This document shows, one piece after another, positions 13,788 to 27,610 of a stretch of DNA of 64,000 nt (position 1 is its first letter; each line of letters opens with the position of its first letter). Source of the DNA: Octopus sinensis (lineage: Eukaryota); the NCBI RefSeq assembly GCF_006345805.1, contig NW_021834194.1, positions 17,102 to 81,101 of the forward strand. The letters run 5' to 3'. The notes beneath the pieces were generated by a model. The model saw only the letters and a program-made list of their open reading frames with translations. It did not search any database and was not told the origin of the DNA. A program made the position numbers and the translations under genes.

Positions 13788-14059
13788 CCCTATATATATA
13801 TATTTTTTTTTTACCATTAAATTTTTAAATGTAAGGTTCATTCGAACTCCTAGTAACATTTTTTTGTTTGTATTGTCCTGCTAATGTCCCTTCTGTATTC
13901 GATATATTTTATCGCAATAAAGAATTCAGCTAGCAAGCCAGGCTATTCTGAGGCAATCTTCAAACTTGCTTATGTGATTTGGAGCATCCGGTGGGCAATA
14001 TGTATTGCATATGACTATATTATGTTGTCTTATGTATACAATTAAAGTGTCACATACCG

Positions 14060-15180
14060 AGATCATGGTATGATATGCCACAAACTGCGTGACCTTGGCA
14101 TAGCTGGAAAACTTGGAGTGTGGTTACATGAATTCCTGAAAGATAGGAGTCAGGCAGTAGTGGTTAATGGAGCCACCTCTATGAACACACAAATAGTGAG
14201 CGGTGTTCCACAGGGCACTGTCTTGGGACCACTGCTTTTTGTAGTGGCCCTCTCAGATATGCCTTCAAATGCCCGGATAGCCACTCTGGCAAGCTATGCA
14301 GACAATACGAAAGTCTCGCAGAAAATACAGAACCCCAGCGATGTTGCACACCTGCAGCAGGAGTTGGACTCAATCTACAGATGGGCTGAGGATAATAATA
14401 CGCAGTTTAATGCTGAAAAATTCCAGGCCCTGCGCTACCAGCATCCAACACTGAATATTAAACTTTTAGGGTACACCGGTCCACAGGGAATTTCAATCCC
14501 AGAGCCTAAGTCTGTGAGGGACCTGGGTATCGACATGAGTGATGATACCTCTTTCCAAGTGCACATTACCAGGATGGCGACAAAGTGCAGACGACTGGCT
14601 TGATGGATCCTAAGAACATTAAGAACCAGAGATAAGGAAGCCATGATGGTCCTCTGGCGAACATTCGTCCTCAGTCTCCTGGATTACTGCTCACAGCTAT
14701 GGTCACCCACCAGTGTGAAATTAACATCGGACCTTGAAGCAATCCAGAGAAGATTCACAAAGAAGATCGTCTCTTTGCAACAGCTCAGCTACTGGGAAAG
14801 GTTGAAACAGCTAAGACTCTACTCCCTGGAGAGAAGACGGGAGAGGTATGCAGTAATATATATCTGGAAGATCCTGGAAGGAATTGTGCCAAATTTTGAC
14901 ATTGTAAGCTACACCAATGCTAAAACGGGACGACACTGCATAGTGCCAAAATCCCAGCAATGCCATCACGCTTCAGAACCACCTACTGCAGCCGCCTGGG
15001 TTTCAAGGGCCCACAGCTTTTTAATATTCTCCCAAAGAGTCTGAGGAACTTGCACAAAGTAGATGTAGCGGTTTTTAAATCAAAGCTGAACATCTTCCTG
15101 TCAAGAGTCCCAGATGAACCTACCTCACGGCAAGAGGTGCAAATGAGGGTAGCTATATCAAACTCCATTCTTCACCACAT
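14060..15180 (+). mobile_element. 5'-truncated CR1/L2-type LINE (RT C-terminal half)
   Basis: SGVPQGTVLGPLLF, SYADNTKV, SLLDYCSQLWSP, LYSLERRRER in ORFs 14070-14603 and 14643-15044. Confidence 0.9.
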
Positions 15181-15621
15181 ATTAGAGGAGGCGCTTAGTA
15201 ATAACAGTGAGCACAAAACGGCGGTGCATCAGCATGGCCACAGCTCTGAGCTGAAACGAGAAAAACGAAATATATATAGTTATATATATATATATATATA
15301 GTCATATATAGTCACATATATATATGTATATTTATATATACATACATATATAGTTATATACATATACATCTATACATACACATATATATATATATATTAT
15401 ATATACACATATATTATATATATATATATATATATTACGGAGATGTACTTGCGTAGCAAGTGATTTGATCTGAGATTGTGTGATGAAACGAAAAGAATTG
15501 CAGCGTGGAAGGTGTTTGTAAGCCATTTAAGAAACGCACAAAAGCCGTTCGATTCACTTCAATATTTAAGTTTAATTTGTCAAAATATTTTCCTCGCTTT
15601 AAGACCGCGACTTGTTCACTG

Positions 15622-15686
<65 letters not shown>

Positions 15687-15771
15687 TTCGAGAAAAAACC
15701 ACTATTTTGCAAAACAAACAAGGAAAGACTTAATCAATACATAAAAATTTTTAACATAAAGAATTAAACCG

Positions 15772-15814
15772 CCACTACAATCATTTCGTGTCTTCAATGA
15801 CATTCGTCAGGTGG
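15772..15814 (-). ncRNA. Type I hammerhead ribozyme-like motif
   Basis: Minus strand CCAC-CTGACGA-A-TGTC attgaa GACA-C-GAAAT gatt GTA^GTGG: canonical core with 4-bp stems I and II. Folded by eye. Confidence 0.55.
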
Positions 15815-17130
15815 ATTTTCGATCTAAAATATCAATATATTAAAATATAAGTTTAAAATAATAAAATTATCAATGAAAAATATAAATATATATAATCTAT
15901 ATATAATCTATATATAATCAATATATAATCTAAAATAAACCCTATAAACAATTGAATATAAAGAAACCTATTATTAAAGTTCTCGTATTTAAAGATGTAC
16001 AAAAAACAAAAAACAAGAAACAAAAAAACAAAAACAAAAAACAAAAAACAAAAACAAGAACAAAATAAAAATAAACTATATATACACCCATGCTCATACA
16101 CATATAACTAAGTATATATAACCATATCTAAATACATACACTAACTCACACACCAATATATATATATATCTATACATACACATAAAAACGTCTAGGCAAC
16201 GATAAATTAATAAATTAATAAAATAGCCAAATACTTCAACACATTACTTATTCATACTCCCTCACACACACATACAACCCACAGTCATAAACAATATACA
16301 TATACCCGCTCACACATACATATACATACATACAGAACTCGATATATACACCAATATATTCACACCCACACCCATACAGATAAATAAATTACGCAAACAA
16401 TCACACACACACACACATTCACACATACATAAACACTCAAAAGAAAAATAAACAATTCTTTGCGCGTGGCGATCGAACGTTTTTTTAAAAATTATGAATG
16501 GAAAGAATGGAATAATATTTAATCAACGTAAATATACAGAATTTACTCCAAAATCATTAATAAACCAATCATGATAATGAAACCCATATATACATATAAT
16601 GATAAAACACCCTTTACCATACACAATAATACCTATATAGCAATCCCCATAATACATTCACACACAAAAATACACATACGTAAAACACACACCCATAACA
16701 TATACATATACCCCCTCACATATACATATACATACTCGATATATACAACAATATATTCACACCCACACCCATATAGATAAATAAATTACACAACCAAATA
16801 CGCACACACACACACACACATTCACACATACATAAACACTCAAAAGAAAAACAACATATCTACACACAAAACGATGTATAAAATACTCCATAAATAACCA
16901 GATTATCATAAGTAACAAGATTAACATAAGGAGAAAAAAATACATACCTCCTAATCTGTTTTAATTTATGAAGTGAATTCAAACTCTAGCCGTTATAACT
17001 TTAAACAAAATTACGTTACCATAGAAACCGACATATACATATATATTATATATATATACATATATATACACATATAAATATATACATATATATATATACA
17101 TATTATATATACATATATATATATAATATA

Positions 17131-17178
<48 letters not shown>

Positions 17179-17664
17179 TTATACATATATATATATATAT
17201 ATATACATTACATATACATATATACATATAATATATACACGTATAAATATCTATACATATATATATACATATAAATATATACATATAGATATACATATAC
17301 ATATATATACATATATACACATATATATTATATATATATGTATAGAAATTAAATATAAAATATAAATTACAAAGTGGAACAAGAACGCAAAAACACAGAA
17401 AGAGACGACGCAAAAAAAAACAGACGGGTCACTCGAAGCCTCTAATCTTCAGTCGGAACCGGATCATCTTAGCAATTTCGGCTGTTTAATCTCGATATCA
17501 CTCCGAACCGGCCAGCCCCAATGAAAAACTAAGCCACAGGCATTAGATTTCTTGGAAAGAGGATCGAATGTACACGACACAAAGACAGGGTGCCACGCTA
17601 CTATACATACAAGAAACAAAAAATAGAAATTAAAAACAAGAATGGTAAGCAGGACAAAAAACAG

Positions 17665-17998
17665 CCCCGACTGGCCTCATGCCGGTGGCACGTAAAAAGC
17701 ACCATCCGTTCGTGGCCGTTGCCAGCATCGCCCCGACTGGCCTCCGTGCCGGTGGCACGTAAAGAGCACCATCCAATCGTGGCCGATTGCCAGCCACGTC
17801 TGGCACCTGTGCCGGAGGCATGTAAAAAGCACGCACTACACTCACGGAGTGGTTGGCGTTAGGAAGGGCATCGAGCTGTAGAAACATTGCCAGATCAGAC
17901 TGGGCCCGGTGGAGCCTTCTGGCTTCCCAGACCCCAGTTGAACCGTCCAACCCATGCCAGCATGGAAAGCGGACGCTAAACGATGATGATGATGATGA
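17665..17998 (+). mobile_element. RTE-tail-like short retroposon ending in (GAT)n
   Basis: 3' end CCATGCCAGCATGGAAAGCGGACGCTAAACGATGATG; related tails at about 27690-27790, 30205-30370 and 37755-37900. Confidence 0.55.
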
Positions 17999-18008
17999 AT
18001 TAGCCAAA

Positions 18009-18279
18009 AAACATTTTATCATTAATTAAAATCTTAGGGTAGCAAGAATATTCATAGAAAAATTTTTAGTTACCTGTGGTCTAGCAAGAAAGAAAAAGTT
18101 AGTCAATAGACTATATATTATTCAAAGAAGAATACAGTGTTTTGTGTTTGAACGTACACTGTATTCTTCTTTGAATAATATATAGTCTATTGACTAATTT
18201 TTTCTTCCTCACTGGTAACTAAGAATTTTTCTATGAATATTCTTGCTACCCTAAGATATTAATTAATGATAAAATGTTT
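18009..18279. repeat. ~270-bp fold-back (hairpin) element
   Basis: AAACATTTTATCATTAATT..ATACAGTGT / ACACTGTAT..AATTAATGATAAAATGTTT arms with a short loop. Confidence 0.85.
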
Positions 18280-19000
18280 ATATATATGTATAGATAGATA
18301 GATAGATAGATAGATATAGATATAAATGTATACATTCTGAGTTCAAATTCCGCTGAGGTTGACATTGCCGTTCATCCTTTTGGGGTAGATAAATTAAGTA
18401 CCAGTTGTGTACTGAGCTCAATCTAATCGACTGGCCCCATTCCCCAAAATTTCGGTCCTTGTTCCTAGAGTAGAAATCAATATATCAATTTTCTTAGCCG
18501 TCTTTTAGTTGTTGTATGCTTGATGTTTAACAAGATTACAATTCCCGCAGCTAATCTTCACTGTAACTTCTATACACAATGATTATTTTAATTAAATAGA
18601 AAACGGAAAAAACTAAAGCGTAATAATGACTTGGGCATCATATAAATTAAAGGAGGAAATACTTGAGCGTTCATGCAGTTTTCTCTCTTTCCCTCCATCT
18701 CTCTCTCCCCCTCTCTCTCTCTGTCTTTTCTCTTTCTCTCTCACACACTCCGTAAAGTTTGTGAAGGAGAGTCACATACAAATTGAGAATTATACCAGAG
18801 TAACGGGCTACCCTCATTGTTGTACGTACATGCTAAATCACACTCACAAAGCGTACACACATCGTTGCTAGAGTTTCATTGAAATAACATTAACTATAGG
18901 GAATTAACCAACTCTGAAGAAAGAGAGCCATTCGAAAAGCACTACTTAATCTCATTAATTCAAATACAAAGACACATAGATTCAAAATTCAAGTACTTAC

Positions 19001-19944
19001 ATCAAACCATTAATGAAGAATTTTTCAGTAATATAATCTCTACAATTGGAATTTTCGAATGCCAAATAAAATTTGTATTCCTTTTTTAATATCTCAAAGC
19101 AACTATATTTATCCTCTCTTTTGCAAACTTTTGTACCACATCTACCGTAAATATCCACCTGGATATATTTTCCGAGCTCCTTAGCATAACCCATTCGATT
19201 GTTGCTTGGACGACAGTTCGATACGAACCAAGCAACCTTCTTTGTTTTTCCCGTTGCATAATTTTGAACTTGTACTTTTTGTCTTACTGACTTGTTAAAA
19301 TATCGAAATTTTCCGTAAGGATATACAATCGTACTGTCCTGCCGATAATTAATCGTCCAGTTGATTTTATTTCCCAGGTGTTTCACTGATGGGTTGAAAA
19401 AAGGACACTCTTGTGTCATATAAATCCATATTTGGTTCGTGTGGTTTGGTTTCTGTGATAGTCCCACTGTCTCATAAAAGAAAATAGCATCTACACTATT
19501 TTGCATTGCTTTGTTGTTTGTGACTAAACATTCATTAACTGGACATTTATATTCCAGGAAACTCGTTTGATTTTCCTTCAATGGTTGCAGATATCTTAAA
19601 CTGTATATTAACAACGTTTTAAACTTTGGTCTAATTGGCTTTAACTTTACATTTCGATCAGAATCTGATTGATTTTGGTGCGTATTCCGTTTATAATTTT
19701 CCCATCTTTCCTCTCCTGGTAGGACATATTTCATTTGAGCTTCGATACGATCGTTTTCAGGCTGATTACCTGGAAACAATCGAGAGGTATTCCTTCTGTA
19801 GGAAACATACTGCTTAGTTGTTGGAGTCCAATTCCAAATGTTTTGTAGGTTCTTGAGATTATATTCAAGTTGAGAAATATAAAAACAAATGCATATTACC
19901 ATGAATATGACAAGGGCGTAAAATATCTTGCGGTAGGTGTCCAT
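19001..19944 (-). CDS. FucTA: GT10 alpha-1,3-fucosyltransferase, first coding exon A1 (gene 1; 421 aa with B1, intron 10002-19000)
   Basis: Type II membrane N-terminus (RKIFYALVIFMVICICFYI), WIYMTQECP, NWTINYRQDS, KKVAWFVSNC, GT10 motif FYLAFENSNCRDYITEKF. Donor AT|GTAAGT at 19000. 944+322 = 1266 nt. Confidence 0.92.
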
Positions 19945-20245
19945 TCCTTATTTTGTGTGATGTGAACAGTTTCAAGTAGTTATTCATGTAGCAGTAAGTA
20001 TTTCTTGAATGAGGCAGTGAACTAGTTAGATAAAAGGATTGATCAGTAACAAAGATTTATAAAATCCTAAAACAAACAATTGTTGTCTTTTTATCAGGAA
20101 AAACGGGCCAATAGACAGTTGACAAATTGTTAGATCAAGAGAAAAATATCAGCTAAAACACACCTTAATGCCTTCGATATTTTAATTAAGTAGCACAATG
20201 ATACACGCCTCGTGCACACACACACACATATGCAGGCACGCATAT

Positions 20246-20571
20246 TAAAAAGACTCCGCCGGTTACGACGACGAGGGTCCCAGCTGATACGATCAACGGA
20301 ACAGCTTGCTCGTGAAATTAACGTGCAAATGGCTGAGCATTCCACAGACACGTGTACCCTTAACGTAGTTCTCGGGGATAATCAGCGTGACACAGAGAGT
20401 GACAAGGCTGACCCTTTGAAATACAAGTACAACTCATTTTTGCCAGCTGAGTGGACTGGAGCAACGTGAAATAAAGTGTCTTGCTCAAGGACACAACGCG
20501 TCGCCGGGAATCGAACTCACAACCTTACGATCATGAGCCGAATGCCCTAACCACTAAGCCACGCGCCCTCA
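20246..20571 (-). mobile_element. tRNA-derived SINE with a 13-bp target-site duplication
   Basis: Head GGCGCGTGGCTTAGTGGTTAGGG..GAGTTCGATTCCC. TSD CAGGCACGCATAT at 20233-20245 and 20572-20584. Absent from the paralogous A2 and A4 flanks. Confidence 0.88.
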
Positions 20572-20877
20572 CAGGCACGCATATACACACTCATACACAC
20601 ACACACATACGCGTATCCCCCACACACATATGTATTTACATATATACATATATGATATGTAAATATGCATATGAGGGACACATGCGAACAAGTAGGGTAA
20701 CAGTTTTTGATAACATCCATTCACTTGCAAAATGTCTGAATATTTACTGTCAGGCTTATGGCGAGCATATGTGTGGAGGTGTATGCGTTATCCTTCCCAA
20801 TGGAACTCTCACCTATGAACAAGTCAACACATATTTGTATAGCACTATCAACCCTAGCTAAATCATATATTTATATA

Positions 20878-20951
<74 letters not shown>

Positions 20952-21110
20952 TATATATATATTTATATATATAATATATATATATATAATATATATATAT
21001 GTATATATATATTTATATATATAAATATATAATATATATATATATATATATGTATATATATTTATATATATAAATATAAAATATATTATATATATATGTA
21101 TATATATATG

Positions 21111-21148
<38 letters not shown>

Positions 21149-21190
21149 TATATATATATAATATATATATATTATATATATATGTATATA

Positions 21191-21238
<48 letters not shown>

Positions 21239-21241
21239 GAG

Positions 21242-21484
21242 GGATGACCTCTACGTGGACATTGATATGCTAGAAGTAGATCCGCTATGGTCTTACCACT
21301 AAGAAAGCATTGTTCTCAAGAAAATCTTAGCAAACTCCAGAAAGTAAGCGACCAAGACAAACGAAAAGAATCAAAATTAATCACAAACAAGTTTGCTTAA
21401 ATTTTCTTGAGAACATTCTTTTCTTAGTGGTAATATCATAGCGGATCTACTTCGAGCATATGGATGTCCACGTAGTGGTCATCC
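21242..21484. mobile_element. MITE-like element with ~90-bp imperfect terminal inverted repeats; left half also at about 63790-63915
   Basis: GGATGACCTCTACGTGGACAT..GTTCTCAAGAAAAT versus ATTTTCTTGAGAAC..ATGTCCACGTAGTGGTCATCC. Confidence 0.65.
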
Positions 21485-21611
21485 GTCTTATATGTATGTA
21501 ATATAAATTTCCTGTATCTTCAGATTTTAATATGCTAGACCACTGGTTTTAAATTGATATTAATCAAATTAATATTCAATTTTTCACCCTTATGATTTTA
21601 AATTTATATAT

Positions 21612-21985
21612 ACTCTTTTACTTGTTTCAGTCATTTGACTGAGGCCATGCTGGAGCACTGCCTTTAGTCGAGCAAACTGACCCCAAGACTTATTCTTTGT
21701 AAGCGTAGAACTTATTCTATCTTACTCTTTTGCCGAACCGCTAAGTTATGGGGACGTAAACATACCACCATCGGTTGTCAAGCGATGTTGGGGGAACACA
21801 GACACACAAACATACACACACACATACATATATATACATATATACGACAGGCTTCTTTCAGTTTCCGTCTGCCAAATCCACTCACAAGGCTTTGGTCGAC
21901 CCGAGGCTATAGAAGAAGACACATGCCCAAGGTGCCACGCAGTGGGACTGAACCCGGAACCATGTGGTTCGTAAGCAAGCTACTT
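21612..21985 (-). mobile_element. tRNA-derived SINE (family 2), head plus conserved tail
   Basis: Same head as 47584 (ACCACATGGTTCCGGGTTCAGTC) and the tail AAAGAATAAGTC..CATGGCC.CAGTCAAATGACTGAAACAAGTA seen repeatedly. Confidence 0.75.
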
Positions 21986-22009
21986 TATTTCAAAAATTTT
22001 GCCATAATG

Positions 22010-23840
22010 GCATGACACAGAGTAGCTTGCGGGCTTGACAAAGACATTGATGAGATGAATGATGGAAAGGATGATATTAATGGGAGAAGACAAAAAACCT
22101 CCGCCGATTTTTTGCTTCTCTAAAACATTATTCTCTTCTTTTCTTCACAGAAAAAAGACAAAACGAGGTAATGAACCTCTTACTTCAGTTTTACAATTAT
22201 TGGACGAATGGTCCATTTAAGAATTGGGGCGTTAAGCCTCTAAAACACAATAACAGGCAATAAACACTAAACATTATACAATAAACATAACACTGAGGAT
22301 TTTCAACCTCTTGTCACTATTCCTCCCCAACATCGCTTGTGTCCGTATACTCTGCCATCACCCTCATCTCACTCAAGACCAAGGCGGGATCCGAGCCGGC
22401 GTCGCCTGGCCACAAGCGACATATCTCATTGAGTCCCTGCAGCCTATACATCACGGGCAACGTTATGACCTCCACAACTATCTGCAGAGGCCATTCGGGA
22501 TCCTGTGTCAAGATTAAAGGTACTCCCTTATAGTGCTTTTCCACCACCTCTTCTACCTCACCACCTCTGTAGAAGAAGACCAATAGTTCATCTTCCAATG
22601 GGTTCGAAGTAGTCAATTCTACCGTTGGTGACACATCAGGTCCTGACCTGCAAGACATTCCATTATAAAGCTGTCAACAATCCCTCCCTTAAGATAGAAT
22701 ACTTTCACAGGGAGGGTCCACATCTTCCTCTGTCGTTGGCACGATTCCCACCGAAGACGTCTCGGGACATGCTGTAGGCAGTACATTGCACACCTCCGCC
22801 ACTGTCCGATTCCTTTTTTCTTTTTGCTTTTTATCTTTGGTGCGGGAGGGGTTGGCTCCTTCACCATAACCGCCATAACTTTATTTCATTATATTTGCCA
22901 TAAAGGCTGTACATAGTGTGTAGCTTTGCGGGCTGGACAAGAACATTAATGAAGTGAATGATAATGAAACGAAGATGATAAGAATGGGATAAGACAAAAA
23001 GCGCCGCCGACTTTTGGATCTCTAAAACATTGTTCTTCAGAAAAATACAAAATGAGGTATTAAACCTCTTACCACAGTTTTTACAATTTAAAACACATAA
23101 TTTAGCCAATTAAGTTCCTTCCTCCCCGACCAGGTTCTACGCTACCCTTAGGCACTGCTCCAGGTCCAGGTCGGGGCCCCGGAATGAAAATCTGAACATA
23201 TGCTTAGAGAAGGCGCCCATCACCCTTAACATACCAACATCCGATACGACCTTGGTAGTCACTTGCGAAGGCCAATCCACGTCCACTGTCCAGGCCATGG
23301 GCTCCTCTCTCCGGTCATCCAGCTTCTTACGAAGCTCTGTAACGCCCCTTCCTTCTGGAGGAAGATGACAAAATCATCTTTCCTCCTTCTTGGAGGGGGC
23401 CGCTGTTTCCTCTGTCGGTGGCACACATCCCACCGACAAAGTTTCTGGGCATGCCTGCAGTTCACCATCGACCGCCAGCAATGTCCCATTTTTCTTCTTT
23501 TTCCATTTCCGCTTTTCCTTTACGACGCGAGGTTGGAGTTCCTCCGTCTTGTCTGGAAGTCCTTCCATTCCTCCCGCCGCCTCAGGATCCATTGATGGGT
23601 AACCATTGTTGCCCACCTTCTTTCTTTTTCTCCCTTTCTTTTTCGATGGGGTTGCCTCCCCCTTGACTTCCTCACTCTCTTCCTCCCCCTCCAATGGGGG
23701 AGCAGGGGGCTCTTCTATTATCTGCTCCAGGACCTTTGCTAGGAACCGGTGGCAGTTTTTTATATGGCCCAATTCCAGGCACAGGTGACACTTGAGGTAA
23801 GGGGGCGTCCCTCAAGGATCACCTGGTACCTGGAACCGAC
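22010..23840 (-). mobile_element. Two diverged tandem remnants of a probable non-LTR element with a gag-like ORF1 (Tx1/L1-like?)
   Basis: 22020-22220 resembles 22890-23110, and 22700-22860 resembles 23400-23530. CHLCLELGHIKNC (zinc-knuckle-like) is followed by acidic/basic low complexity. The family assignment is weak. Confidence 0.4.
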
Positions 23841-23844
23841 CATT

Positions 23845-25794
<1,950 letters not shown>

Positions 25795-25823
25795 ATATAT
25801 GTACATACATATATATATATATA

Positions 25824-25863
<40 letters not shown>

Positions 25864-25879
25864 TACATAATATACTTGA

Positions 25880-26450
25880 CTTTGACTTTTTTGACTTTGA
25901 CCGACCAGTCCGTCAGGCGTCCATTTGACACCGCTGGTCACAGCACGCTGTTCACTCCTCTCTGGATCGCGCCTTTCTCATCCACGCGATCCCAATAGTC
26001 CTCTTGAAATCGTCACTCCACCGTCGTGGAAGTCTTCCGGGTGGTCTTTTCCGCTCACGCGGGTACCACTCGACAACTGCGTGCGTCCACCGATTATCGG
26101 TGAGCCGGGTGACGTGTCCAGCCCATCTATACTTGCTGCGAGTATACCTTGCGATGACATCTCTCACGCCGGACTTCTTTCTGATGATGTTGCTACTTTT
26201 CTCTGCATGTCTCGAACAGATCATCAGAGGCATCGAATGGCAAGGTGGTGTCAACATCAATGGCGAGCTCCTCACTCACCTCCGTTTCGCTGACGACATC
26301 GTACTCATCGCTGAAAACATGGATCAGCTTCAGACCATGCTGACGGAGCTCGACATCAAAAGTTCTGCTGTAGGTCTCAAGATGAACCGCATGAAAACAA
26401 AGTTCATGCGGTCAGACAACGTACAAACAGGTCGAATGGTGATCGGCAGT
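25880..26450. mobile_element. RTE-clade LINE fragment with a 5' inversion
   Basis: Plus strand 26200-26450: LFSACLE..GVNINGELLTHLRFADDIVL..KTKFM. Minus strand 26200-25880: WAGHVTRLTDNRW..RKRPPGRLPRRWSDD plus an (AAAGTC)n tail. Confidence 0.85.
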
Positions 26451-26463
26451 GATAAATATATAT

Positions 26464-26497
<34 letters not shown>

Positions 26498-26939
26498 CAA
26501 AAATAAATATAAGAGAGTGGTCACTATATGGCTCACAGTGAGCCTATAGTGACCACTCTCTTATATTTATTTTTGTATAAAATATTATAATATATTACAA
26601 AATATTATAATAATCCAGGTTTCTCGGAGCACTGGGCCACTTGGTGTTGAATAGATATACTATTAAATTAGTATCTAATTCTCTCACCCTTATTAATTAA
26701 TTATATATATATATACTTTATTTAAAGCAGCAGAAAATTCAACAAAATTCTGCTGCTTTAAATAAAGCATATTACTCTACCACTGGTATTTGAGTACTCT
26801 TTTTTCCACCTTGTTTCACATTTATGTGTTTACTCCGGTATATATATACATGGTATTATTCCAAAGGAATAAATGGGGTAAAATGCAATCTTCTCATCAG
26901 GAAAGAAAGGGAGCCTATCTCAACAACAAGACATTATAA

Positions 26940-27610
26940 CAATTACGATGACTGCTTAAATGATAAACAGAACGTTATTAAGTAGTTAAAAAAACCGTTG
27001 GTAGATTCGACGTCAAAGGCAGATAGTAGGAAGAGAAGGGTTAAAGAAATAATAAGTAGAGAACAAATAAAGGGGGATACGTTGGTTGAAAAAATGTTCG
27101 AAGGCTTAGAAGTAGATTTCTCTATTGAAGTAAAGTGCAAGTTAAACTAACTGTTCAAACTATAAAGACTGGTAAAATCACATATATGAGCTAAAGGTAT
27201 GTTTCTGCCGGTGTTTACATTTGTAAGATCGCTTTATGAGTGTGTAAACAAGGTGATTCTTAGAGAAGAGAATATGGAAGAGTTCAGAGTTGCAAATGTT
27301 ACAAAATCCCTTGCCCTTATCGTAAGGAAAAGATACGGACAGGATGAACCAATCTAACTTAAAATCATTATTGTTGTCTTTAAGATGCCAAACCAATTTA
27401 CTTAGCCCTGTACTATGGCGTTTTCTGCTATCCCTAAGTGATGAATAATGATTTGAAGTTCTCTTGGATAACTGGGAAGTTGATGCACCTATATAGAAGA
27501 AGACATCGGTACCGGAAGAAATTTTACACTGGTATATAGAATTCTTGATCTTAGAATCATTAGACATAAATTTAATTCTGTTGGGTTTGTCCTCAGAGAT
27601 CAAAACCATG
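26940..27610 (-). mobile_element. Penelope-type GIY-YIG endonuclease fragment
   Basis: ORF 27178-27609: NSIYQCKI..FYIGAS..KRTSNHYSS..STGLSKLVWHLK..CNICNSELFHIL. Confidence 0.8.
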
